Assembly: GCA_944383695.1 (NCBI GenBank)
Contig: CALWQP010000017.1
Location: 1 to 60,824 of the forward strand
DNA: 60,824 nt
Direction: 5' to 3'
Origin: an uncultured Mediterraneibacter sp.
GTDB taxonomy: Bacteria; Bacillota; Clostridia; Lachnospirales; Lachnospiraceae
The notes under the pieces were generated by a model. That model was not told the DNA's origin. It ran no database searches and was given only the letters and a program-made list of their open reading frames with translations. The stretch's first letter is position 1, and each line of letters opens with the position of its first letter. The translations under genes and the position numbers were made by a program. Positions 8,287 through 16,842 of this stretch are shown in pieces.

Positions 8287-8853
8287 AGGATTCCCTCCAT
8301 TCGTACCATACCTACTATTGTTTCTCTGACAGTTCCTTACCCGGACTGCTTTCTGCCTCAGTTCATACTCCAGCCTTTTCTGCTCGTCAAGACTCAATTT
8401 TTTCAATTCGTTGTAAACCTCTTCGATATACTCATCTTTCTTTGCCATGTCCTCGAACTCCTTCCGGTTCTTCCCTCCGAGGAATCTCATCCAGCTGACG
8501 ATGCCGTCTTCACTCTGATCTTTTGGCGGCAGCTTTTTAAGCTCCAGGATATACAGTTCCATCAGATCCGTATACTGTTCGCCCGACTCTGCATCACAGA
8601 AGACAATTTTTCGATAACATTTCTTATCCTTAGGAAAATGGACAAAATCCCCAGTTTGTCTTCTTCACTCTCTTTCCGAAGAGCTGTCAGGATCAGGGTT
8701 GTCCGTCGGATCGTTTCAGGCGGTTTTCCCAGTATTGCCGCAATAAATCCTTTTCGCACTTTTGGATTCTGCATCAGTTCTTTCTCCTTATTTTACCACG
8801 ATGCCCTTCGCTATGGAACACCACTTTTCAAGTTCTCCGTGTCCAAACACTGA
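8287..8853 (-). pseudogene. Decayed Rpn-family recombination-promoting nuclease/putative transposase (PD-(D/E)XK) remnant. N-terminal and C-terminal pieces are in different frames and the nuclease core is missing.
   Basis: Fragments NPKVRKGFIAAILGKPPETIRRTTLILTALRKESEEDKLGILSI (Rpn N-terminal region) and LELKKLPPKDQSEDGIVSWMRFLGGKNRKEFEDMAKKDEYIEEVYNELKKLSLDEQKRLEYELRQKAVR (Rpn C-terminal region). There is a frame change at 8562 (TGATG) and another upstream. Confidence 0.55.
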
Positions 8854-9263
8854 TTTCATTACCGTTCACATGGTTTTTTAATATAAATGCTGAAATTTCG
8901 GACGCCCCTGTCCATGAATCCTGTTGAGTTTTTAGAAGCGAATGTCTGAATGCATTCACAATACCACGGAAAAAGTCACTCTGCAATATGCATTACGCAG
9001 AAAATCAGGTTATCAACAAACTTACATGAATTGTAAAACGTTATCTGCGAATTGTTGAAACTGTCACCGTAGGGCAGCTATGCCCGGGGCACAGACCCGC
9101 TGACAGTATACAAACAGGTGCGGCATACACGGAATTTTTCCCGCGCATACCACACCTGTCTCCTGATATAAATATTATTGCCATTAGCCTCCCATTATCC
9201 GGGAGCCTCGTGGTCCTGCCGAGCTGTATTTCGGACAGACATCATTATTTTTCATAACTCATC

Positions 9264-9932
9264 TCAGAACTCTTTCTTCGCCATGATGTGCTGGCTGCAC
9301 AGATAGGAAATAATAACCACCGCAGCTGTAATGCCTGCGAACATACCCAGGATGCCGGCAGAGCTCAACCCGGAAAACCATTGCTTTCCTGTCCCTACAA
9401 TCTCCCCAGGCAGATAATCTATAGCGCTTGCTGCCAGAAAGGCCGCGATAATCACGCCTGCTATCACAATAAGATTCGCATACCTCGCTTTTTCTGATTC
9501 GAATTTCAATCTCAGCGGAAGCAGGATACTCACAAAAATCCATGCTGTAAAAACATACCCAAGACAGGTTTCTATCCATTCAACCGCATCTATCTTTGCG
9601 GAGGGCTGAATTACCAGCAAAACCGTTCCCAGCACCAATCCTACGCACCACGCAAAGATGATCGACAGCAGAGTAAAGAGATATTTTTCATTCACATATT
9701 CTTTCCTGGTGACAGGCAGTGTCATGAGAAACAGATAGCAGTTGTCAAACTCATCATAGCTTATCGTGGAAACCGTAAACATAGAAAAAATGATCGTAAT
9801 ATATCCGACGATAAAGGACGGTCCGACATCTGTCATCAAGTTCATAAATACGGCTATAACGAGGAGCATGAGAACCAATGTCTTCCCCTGATTTTTCAAA
9901 AGCCTGAAATCTTTTATCAGCATACCTTTCAT
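9264..9932 (-). CDS. ABC-2 family transporter permease.
   Basis: A six-TM integral membrane protein translationally coupled to the upstream ABC ATPase (overlap ATGA). Confidence 0.7.
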   Translation of the reverse strand: MKGMLIKDFRLLKNQGKTLVLMLLVIAVFMNLMTDVGPSFIVGYITIIFSMFTVSTISYDEFDNCYLFLMTLPVTRKEYVNEKYLFTLLSIIFAWCVGLVLGTVLLVIQPSAKIDAVEWIETCLGYVFTAWIFVSILLPLRLKFESEKARYANLIVIAGVIIAAFLAASAIDYLPGEIVGTGKQWFSGLSSAGILGMFAGITAAVVIISYLCSQHIMAKKEF

Positions 9933-10780
9933 AACTTCTCCCCTCCTATGATCATTGTTATCACTTCGTCCAGAGTCCCTCTCTCCACAACGACATCCGG
10001 ATAATTTTCCAGATAGTACTGTTTCTGATCTGTCAGGCAGGAGTATCCGAAGCTCTCCCGGCGTACTCTCAGCATGTACTCTTTGTCCAGTTTTCTGTAT
10101 TGGTCTTCATCAGCCTTGATCAGACCGTATTTGTTGCGCAGCACGTCAGTATCCTCATGGAAAACAATCCCGCCCTTGTGAATCATGTAGATGTCGTCGC
10201 ACAGGCTTTCCAAATCAGAAGAAATGTGGGAGCTGATCAGGATGCTTCTGTTCTCATCCTCTTCCATATATTCCCGGAACAGATTCAGGATACCTTCCCT
10301 CGCCATCACGTCAAGCCCTGTGGTTGGCTCATCCATAAGGAGAAAGTCCGCGCCGTGGGTGATCGCCGCAAGCACCTTCAGCTTTGCCTTCATTCCGGTA
10401 GAGAATTCTTTGATATATTTATCCTGAGGCACTCCGAACTTCCGGCACAGATCGAGAAACTTCGTCCTGTCAAAAGCAGGATACATAGCCTCGAGCACCG
10501 GCACCACATCCTTCACCTTCAGATAACCGCTGAATCCGGATTCTGCCAGGGTCACTCCGATCTTCTCTTTCTCTGTCTTCATAAGCTCCGCCGGTGTTTT
10601 CCCCATCAGGGTAATATTTCCTGCATCATATGTGATAAGCCCCAGAGCCGCCTTGAACGTAGTGCTCTTCCCGGCTCCATTCTCGCCCACAAGCCCGGTG
10701 ATGCGCCCCGACTCCACCTTCATCGTACAGTTCAGGGTAAAATCACCGTAATGTTTTACCAACCCATTGATCTCAAGCAT
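9929..10780 (-). CDS. ABC transporter ATP-binding protein.
   Basis: Walker A GENGAGKST, signature LSTGMKAKL, Walker B FLLMDEPTTGLD. Confidence 0.9.
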   Translation of the reverse strand: MLEINGLVKHYGDFTLNCTMKVESGRITGLVGENGAGKSTTFKAALGLITYDAGNITLMGKTPAELMKTEKEKIGVTLAESGFSGYLKVKDVVPVLEAMYPAFDRTKFLDLCRKFGVPQDKYIKEFSTGMKAKLKVLAAITHGADFLLMDEPTTGLDVMAREGILNLFREYMEEDENRSILISSHISSDLESLCDDIYMIHKGGIVFHEDTDVLRNKYGLIKADEDQYRKLDKEYMLRVRRESFGYSCLTDQKQYYLENYPDVVVERGTLDEVITMIIGGEKL

Positions 10781-10783
10781 CTT

Positions 10784-11155
10784 CTAGTCCTCCATTATCA
10801 AATCAAATAACTCCCTGATCTCCTCGTCCTTCAGCCCAAACCTGCGGCCCTTCTCAACCGCCTTCTCCATGTCGCTCTCCACTTCCCGGCGCTGTTCCTC
10901 CAGCATCCTCTCCGTGTCTGCAGCCGCCACATAAGTGCCTTTTCCGTGGACGGTCACTGTGTACCCTTCCTGTTCAAGATTATCGTACGCCTTCTTGACC
11001 GTCAGAGCACTGATCTTCAGGTCTTTCGCAAGAGTCCGGACAGAGGGGAGTACGTCGCTTTCTTTCAGATCGCCTGCAGTGATCTGCGCCTTGATCTGAT
11101 CCATGATCTGTTCATAGATCGGTACCATCGATGAACTGTTGATTATAATCTTCAT
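10784..11155 (-). CDS. GntR family (YtrA subfamily) transcriptional regulator, first gene of the GntR-ABC operon.
   Basis: N-terminal winged HTH (PIYEQIMDQIKAQITAGDL...LPSVRTLAKDLKISALTVKKAYDNLEQEGY) with a short C-terminus typical of YtrA. RBS is AGAGGAGGA; start is at 11155. Confidence 0.85.
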   Translation of the reverse strand: MKIIINSSSMVPIYEQIMDQIKAQITAGDLKESDVLPSVRTLAKDLKISALTVKKAYDNLEQEGYTVTVHGKGTYVAAADTERMLEEQRREVESDMEKAVEKGRRFGLKDEEIRELFDLIMED

Positions 11156-11174
11156 ATGCGTCCTCCTCTTATTA

Positions 11175-11221
11175 AACAGTATATAACAGTATACAACTGT
11201 TGTCAACTGTTATATGCTGTT
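11175..11221 (-). promoter_or_regulatory. Promoter (minus strand TTGACA-17-TATACT) embedded in nested inverted repeats (ACAGT..ACAGT..ACTGT..ACTGT); likely the YtrA autoregulatory operator.
   Basis: Plus strand reads AACAGTATATAACAGTATACAACTGTTGTCAACTGTTATATGCTGTT. The -35 lies at 11201-11206 and the -10 at 11178-11183. Confidence 0.55.
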
Positions 11222-11322
11222 TATTTAAAATAAAAAAGCGCATCCGAAGACAGGCCGCTTTGCAGGGCCGCTGTCCCGACACACTTTCTTTACTCATTTC
11301 TGATCTCCCGCCATCTATCTTT

Positions 11323-11742
11323 TCATTCTTCAGATTGCAACTTTTTCATTTCTTCATAAAACTTATTCATTTCTTTGTCAATAATCGCCGGTCTCCCATC
11401 TTTTTTCAGAAAACAATGGGTCGTCGTACCCCGGGCGCTTAAAACACCGCCCTCGGACATATTGTAGATGTCATACCGAAGAGTAAACTTCACCCTGCCG
11501 GCATCCTGAAGGCTCACGATGATCTTCACCTCATCATCAAATTTCACACTCTTCTTGTATTCACAGTCCACATGGAGCACCGGACTAATGTACCCCATCT
11601 CCTCAAAGCGGCGGTACGGATAACCGATCTGGTTCAGCATGTCCACCCGCGCTTCCTCCATCCAGCGGATATAGTTCGAGTGATGGATCACCCCCATCTG
11701 GTCTGTCTCATAATATTTTGCTGTTTTTACATATGGTTTCAT
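11323..11742 (-). CDS. Acyl-CoA thioesterase (YbgC/4HBT hotdog fold).
   Basis: YYETDQMGVIHHSNYIRWMEEAR is the 4HBT catalytic region. Confidence 0.8.
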   Translation of the reverse strand: MKPYVKTAKYYETDQMGVIHHSNYIRWMEEARVDMLNQIGYPYRRFEEMGYISPVLHVDCEYKKSVKFDDEVKIIVSLQDAGRVKFTLRYDIYNMSEGGVLSARGTTTHCFLKKDGRPAIIDKEMNKFYEEMKKLQSEE

Positions 11743-11805
11743 GCATATGCACCTCCCGGCTGATATTATCTGAATATTCTCCTCAAAGAGGTCTGATCCC
11801 TTTAC

Positions 11806-13182
11806 CTAAATTGTATTTACTGCATCGCTGATCGTCTTCACACCCACCAGTCTGATCCCGCTGATTCCTTTAACCATCTTGAGGCACACATCCGGCAGGA
11901 TGCAGGTCTGAAATCCCAGTTTCTTCGCCTCTGCCACCCGCTGTTCCGGCATGTTTACCGCACGGACCTCGCCGCTTAGCCCCACCTCTCCAAACACGAT
12001 CGTCCTTTCGTCGATGGGACGGTTCCGGTAACTGGATACCAGCGCCATAACGATCCCGAGATCGATGGCCGGCTCGTTCATGCGGATCCCTCCTGCGATA
12101 TTGACGTAGGCATCGGAATTACCGAGCGCCATGCCCAGCCGTTTTTCCAGGACTGCCATGAGCAGATTTACCCTGTTGTAATCCGTACCCGCGGCTGTCC
12201 GCCTCGGCATGCCGAAATTGCTGTGGCATACAAGCGCCTGTATTTCGATCAGGATGGGGCGGGTTCCTTCCATGGAGCACGCCACCACGGAACCGGACGC
12301 ATTCTCAGGCCGCCCACTGAGCATGTATTCCGAAGGATTCTCCACCTCTTCAAGACCGGTCTGACGCATCTCAAACACTCCGATCTCATTGGTAGAACCG
12401 AAGCGGTTCTTCACTGCCCGTAGGATCCGGTACGATGCATGACGGTCTCCTTCAAAATACAGGACCGTATCCACCATATGTTCCAATACCCTGGGTCCTG
12501 CTACAGTTCCTTCTTTTGTCACATGTCCCACGATAAAAATGGGTATGCAAAGCCCTTTTGCAAGCTGCATGAAAATATTCGTGGACTCCCTCACCTGGGA
12601 AACACTCCCCGGCGCTGAAGACACCTCTTCACTGTACATGGTCTGGATAGAATCAATGATCACCAGCTCCGGCTTCTCTTTCTCGATCACTCCCCGGATC
12701 GTCTCCAGGTTCGTCTCACACAAAAGGAAAAGTCCAGGTGCAAACGCGCCCATCCGGTTCGCCCGGAGCTTGATCTGCGCCTGTGATTCCTCCCCTGAGA
12801 TATACAGCACCTTTTTGTCTCCTGCCAGCCGCTGGCACACCTGGAGCAGCAGGGTGGATTTCCCGATTCCCGGATCTCCTCCCACAAGCACAAGAGACCC
12901 CGGCACGATACCTCCGCCCAGCACCCGGTCCAGCTCATGTATCCCGGTCCTGATCCTGGCATCGTCATCCGCTGCCACTTCATTCAGCGGGACTACCTTC
13001 GCTTCCCGGACAGATTCTCTTACAGAACGTGCCGAGGCTGTCGTCCCCTTTGTGACACCACTGCCTATTTTCTCTTCCACAAATGTATTCCATTCTCCGC
13101 ACGCCGGGCACTGACCCAGCCATTTTGATTCCTCATGCCCGCAGTTCTGGCAGAAAAATACACTCTTCTTCGCTTTTGCCAT
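11806..13182 (-). CDS. radA: DNA repair protein RadA/Sms.
   Basis: N-terminal C4 zinc finger (CQNCGHE..CPACGEW), a RecA-like ATPase (GGDPGIGKST), KNRFG motif, and a Lon-like C-terminal domain. Confidence 0.95.
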   Translation of the reverse strand: MAKAKKSVFFCQNCGHEESKWLGQCPACGEWNTFVEEKIGSGVTKGTTASARSVRESVREAKVVPLNEVAADDDARIRTGIHELDRVLGGGIVPGSLVLVGGDPGIGKSTLLLQVCQRLAGDKKVLYISGEESQAQIKLRANRMGAFAPGLFLLCETNLETIRGVIEKEKPELVIIDSIQTMYSEEVSSAPGSVSQVRESTNIFMQLAKGLCIPIFIVGHVTKEGTVAGPRVLEHMVDTVLYFEGDRHASYRILRAVKNRFGSTNEIGVFEMRQTGLEEVENPSEYMLSGRPENASGSVVACSMEGTRPILIEIQALVCHSNFGMPRRTAAGTDYNRVNLLMAVLEKRLGMALGNSDAYVNIAGGIRMNEPAIDLGIVMALVSSYRNRPIDERTIVFGEVGLSGEVRAVNMPEQRVAEAKKLGFQTCILPDVCLKMVKGISGIRLVGVKTISDAVNTI

Positions 13183-13225
13183 CCTTTTTCCTTTCCAGCC
13201 GATCGATCAGCACTGACATATCAGC

Positions 13226-13254
13226 GCAAAAATGGGGCGGACATGTCATCCACC
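13226..13254 (-). terminator. Terminator after the 137-aa gene, upstream of radA (GGGGTGGA..TCCGCCCC followed by ATTTTTG).
   Basis: Minus strand reads GGGGTGGATGACATGTCCGCCCCATTTTTG. Confidence 0.55.
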
Positions 13255-13324
13255 CCAGCTTGTTTTTATTTCTGCATGTTCCACGATATTTCATTTCCAC
13301 GCTGGCGTTCAGTCCTCTGTTTTA

Positions 13325-13738
13325 TCAGCACTTTACGACTTTCACCTGAACATTTTCGTCTGCCGCAAGCTCCACGCTGACGCTGAGCTTTCCGCTTAAA
13401 TTCGTACTCATCCTGCCTGCGGACTCCCCGCCGATAAACACTTCGTATTCACTCTCCGGCTCAAGCTCAAGCGTGAACTGTACGTCACCCTTTGCAGAGA
13501 CAGCAAACTCAACCTCCGTCTCTGTCTCCCTGTAATTCTCGACCGCGCTTCCCGGCACGGATTCATACACAAACATTCCGTTTTTCTCAAGCTTCGTGAT
13601 CTCTGCAAATGTCTTCACTTTATAGATATCGCCCTCAAATTCATAATTATCTTTCTTTGTTTTTGCTGAGAGAGTATAATCTCCAAAACTGAGTGTTCCG
13701 TCATTTTCTGCGCGCAATAATTCTTTCACTGCTGCCAT
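13325..13738 (-). CDS. Hypothetical acidic, beta-rich protein of 137 aa, located between clpC and radA.
   Basis: Clean ORF with an RBS (AGGAGGAAAAGCGACATG). No family recognised from sequence. Confidence 0.5.
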   Translation of the reverse strand: MAAVKELLRAENDGTLSFGDYTLSAKTKKDNYEFEGDIYKVKTFAEITKLEKNGMFVYESVPGSAVENYRETETEVEFAVSAKGDVQFTLELEPESEYEVFIGGESAGRMSTNLSGKLSVSVELAADENVQVKVVKC

Positions 13739-13835
13739 GTCGCTTTTCCTCCTAAGTATTCTCAGATATGATTCTGCTATGGCTATTATAATATAAAACC
13801 CTGCTTTTTTCTACCGAAATATTCTGCCATCCCCA

Positions 13836-16298
13836 TCACTTTTTATCCGGCTTTTTGTCCCCGCCGGGGGTTGTGATAAAATGGATTTCTTTCTTTGCTG
13901 TTCCTGCCTCTACATGATCTCCGGCTTTCACTTCACCGCTTAAGATCGCCTCAGCCAGCTTATCCTCCAGTTCTGTCTGAAGGGCGCGGCGCAATGGCCT
14001 TGCTCCGTATTTTGCGTCAGTCCCCTTCTCCACGATAAAGTTTTTCGCGGATTCTCTTAATGTCAGCCGGATGTCCATCTGCTCTGCCAGCCGCTTTGTA
14101 AAATCACGGCACATCAGAGTCACGATTTTCTTCATATGTGTCTTGTCAAGCGCATGGAACACGATGATCTCATCGATCCTGTTCAAGAATTCCGGCCGGA
14201 AGATCAGCTTCACTTCATCCATAACATTCTGCTTCATCCTTTTATAATCTCCCGCCGCATCCTCTTTCACGGCAAATCCCAGCTTCTTCGGATCAACGAA
14301 TGCTTTTGCACCGGCGTTGGAGGTAATGATGATGACCGTATTGGAAAAATCCACCTTCCTGCCCTGGGAATCTGTAATATGTCCATCATCCAGTACCTGA
14401 AGAAGGATGTTAAACACATCCGGATGCGCTTTTTCGATCTCATCAAACAGGATGACTGAATATGGATGCGTCCTCACCTGGTCACTGAGCTGTCCGCCCT
14501 CTTCATGTCCCACATACCCCGGAGGAGAGCCGATCATCTTTGCCACAGAATGCTTTTCCATATATTCTGACATATCGACCCGGATCATGGATTCCTCATT
14601 ACCAAACAATGCTTCTGCCAGAGCCTTGGACAGCTCTGTTTTTCCGACACCCGTAGGTCCTAAAAACAGAAACGAACCGATGGGACGTTTCGGGTCTTTT
14701 AATCCCACGCGACCTCTCCTGACCGCCCGCGCCACGGCGCTGACCGCCTCTTCCTGTCCGATCACTCTTTTATGCAGAACGCTCTCCAGCTTTCTCAGAC
14801 GCTCTGTATCGCTCTCCGCCAGCTTCTGCACCGGGACTTTCGTCCATGCGGAAACCACTTCCGCGATGTCATGCTCCGTCACTTCCGGCCGTGATGCTGC
14901 GGTCTTTTTCTGGAAACGTTTTTTTACGCTGTCCAGTTTCTCCTCCGCCTGTTCCTGCTCCTTCTGGATCAAAGAAGCCTCTGAAAAATCACCTCTTCGT
15001 ATGCTTTCTTCTTTTTGCGCCGCCAGTTCTCTCACAGTCTGTTCCAGTGCTGTCAGATTCTCCGGCACTTTATATCCTTTCAGGCTCACCTTTGAACACG
15101 CCTCGTCCAGCACGTCGATCGCCTTGTCCGGGAGATTCCGGTCCGTAATATACCGCTGCGACAACTGGACCGCCGCCTCCAGCGCTTTATCGCTTACCAT
15201 GACTTTATGGTGATTTTCATATTTTTCTTTCAGACCGCACAGGATCCGGCGGCACTGATCCTTCGTCGGCTCTTCCACGGAAACCGGCTGAAAACGCCGT
15301 TCCAGAGCCGCATCCTTTTCGATGTATTTCCGATATTCCGCGATCGTGGTAGCTCCGATGAGCTGCATCTCTCCCCGGGCAAGAGACGGCTTCAGGATAC
15401 TTGACGCATCGATGGCTCCCTCTGCGCCCCCTGCGCCGATCATCGTGTGGATCTCATCAAGGAACAGGATGATATTTCCCTTTGACTCTACCTCTGAGAT
15501 CAGACCCTTCATCCGCTCCTCAAACTCCCCGCGGTATTTCGATCCCGCGATCAGTCCGGGGAGGTCCAGCGTATAAATACGCTTATCTCTCATCTTTTCC
15601 GGAACGATCCCCGCAGAGATCCTCTGTGCAAGCCCTTCGATGATCGCGGTCTTTCCCACTCCCGGTTCGCCCACCAGACAGGGATTATTTTTGGTCCTCC
15701 GGCTCAATATCTGCATAAGCCGATACATCTCCTGTTCCCGTCCTACAACCGGATCCAGTTTTCCTTCCTCAGCCCGGGCTGTCATATCCGTGCAGAACTG
15801 CTCCGTCATAGACCCGGCGCCCTTCTGATTATCCTGTATCTCATCCTGGTATTCCTTGGCGTCCACACCCGCGGCATTCATGATATCCTGAAAAATCTTC
15901 TGGAGATTAATGTTCAGTGTGATCAGGATGCGAGTGGCCACACAGTCAACATCCCGTATCATGGACAAAAGCAGATGCTCCGTTCCCACACTTGCAGTAC
16001 GCAGCCGATGCGCCTCCTTCTCACTGTTTTCCAGAATATCTTTAAATCGCGGGCTCTCCTCCGGCTTCCGCCCCGCAAATGCATCCTCCGGCGGCACGAT
16101 CAGTTCATCCATAAGACGGAGCACATCTTTTTCCTCCACTCCGTTCTGGGCGAGGATCTGTCCCGCGACCCCCGAATATACTGACCGCAGTCCTAAAAGA
16201 AGATGCTCCGTCCCTATATATGGGTGCTGCATCTCCTTTGCTTTCTTCGAAGCATAACGGATCGCCTTCTCTGCCTGTTCTGTATATGAAATATGCAT
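13836..16298 (-). CDS. clpC: ATP-dependent Clp protease ATP-binding subunit ClpC (class III AAA+).
   Basis: Two Clp_N repeats, two AAA+ modules ([10 protein letters not shown]; [10 protein letters not shown]), a UVR-like linker, and a ClpB_D2-small C-terminus. Confidence 0.95.
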   Translation of the reverse strand: MHISYTEQAEKAIRYASKKAKEMQHPYIGTEHLLLGLRSVYSGVAGQILAQNGVEEKDVLRLMDELIVPPEDAFAGRKPEESPRFKDILENSEKEAHRLRTASVGTEHLLLSMIRDVDCVATRILITLNINLQKIFQDIMNAAGVDAKEYQDEIQDNQKGAGSMTEQFCTDMTARAEEGKLDPVVGREQEMYRLMQILSRRTKNNPCLVGEPGVGKTAIIEGLAQRISAGIVPEKMRDKRIYTLDLPGLIAGSKYRGEFEERMKGLISEVESKGNIILFLDEIHTMIGAGGAEGAIDASSILKPSLARGEMQLIGATTIAEYRKYIEKDAALERRFQPVSVEEPTKDQCRRILCGLKEKYENHHKVMVSDKALEAAVQLSQRYITDRNLPDKAIDVLDEACSKVSLKGYKVPENLTALEQTVRELAAQKEESIRRGDFSEASLIQKEQEQAEEKLDSVKKRFQKKTAASRPEVTEHDIAEVVSAWTKVPVQKLAESDTERLRKLESVLHKRVIGQEEAVSAVARAVRRGRVGLKDPKRPIGSFLFLGPTGVGKTELSKALAEALFGNEESMIRVDMSEYMEKHSVAKMIGSPPGYVGHEEGGQLSDQVRTHPYSVILFDEIEKAHPDVFNILLQVLDDGHITDSQGRKVDFSNTVIIITSNAGAKAFVDPKKLGFAVKEDAAGDYKRMKQNVMDEVKLIFRPEFLNRIDEIIVFHALDKTHMKKIVTLMCRDFTKRLAEQMDIRLTLRESAKNFIVEKGTDAKYGARPLRRALQTELEDKLAEAILSGEVKAGDHVEAGTAKKEIHFITTPGGDKKPDKK

Positions 16299-16318
16299 AA
16301 ACTCCTCCTGTATCCGTG

Positions 16319-16693
16319 TTATTGTAAGCTGTAATCATCAAATATTTCATCCACCAGGTCGTGTACCTCTTGGCGGGAAATATTCTTACAGACGCCTCGC
16401 GCCAGCACAATCTGAAGCTCCCGCCTCATCTCCTCCAGCTGCTCCAGCTTGTCAATGTCCAGAGCGATCACAGCGCCCCGCCTTTTGTCCAGACTGATAT
16501 ATCCTTCTCTCTTCAGCACGCTATATGCCTTATTCACTGTATGCATGTTCACCCCGATCATATCCGCAAGCTGCCGGACAGAAGGGAGCGAATCCCCTTC
16601 ACGGATCACAGACGCGGCAATCCCCATAATGATCTGATTGCATAATTGGATATAGATTGCCTCATCACTGTCAAAATCAACTTCTATCAGCAT
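16319..16693 (-). CDS. GntR-family (YtrA-like) small transcriptional regulator immediately upstream of clpC. It occupies the position usually held by ctsR.
   Basis: Winged HTH (IYIQLCNQIIMGIAASVIREGDSLPSVRQLADMIGVNMHTVNKAYSVLKREGYI). There is a 20-nt gap to clpC. Confidence 0.8.
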   Translation of the reverse strand: MLIEVDFDSDEAIYIQLCNQIIMGIAASVIREGDSLPSVRQLADMIGVNMHTVNKAYSVLKREGYISLDKRRGAVIALDIDKLEQLEEMRRELQIVLARGVCKNISRQEVHDLVDEIFDDYSLQ

Positions 16694-16781
16694 GGTACTC
16701 TTCCTTTCTGGCGTGTGTTATACAAATGATAGCACAAGTCGCAGAAACCTTCAATATCGTTCTCTGAAAATTGTTCTCTAA

Positions 16782-16825
16782 ATAAAAATCCGGAAATATG
16801 CTTTAAGCTGGGCATATTTCCGGGT
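16782..16825 (-). terminator. Strong rho-independent terminator after htpG (12-bp stem CCGGAAATATGC / GCATATTTCCGG followed by TTTTTATTT).
   Basis: Minus strand reads AACCCGGAAATATGCCCAGCTTAAAGCATATTTCCGGATTTTTATTT. Confidence 0.85.
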
Positions 16826-16842
16826 TTCTATAAATCCAGATT

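Noticed and set aside
7705-8853. 382-aa plus-strand ORF.
   Set aside because: It is antisense to the histidine phosphatase and the Rpn remnant. It has no recognisable domains, and the opposite strand holds clear homology.
14407-15213. 268-aa plus-strand ORF, and other plus-strand ORFs inside clpC, htpG and radA.
   Set aside because: These are antisense to highly conserved housekeeping genes. The Ser/Pro-rich translations are typical of GC-skewed antisense frames.
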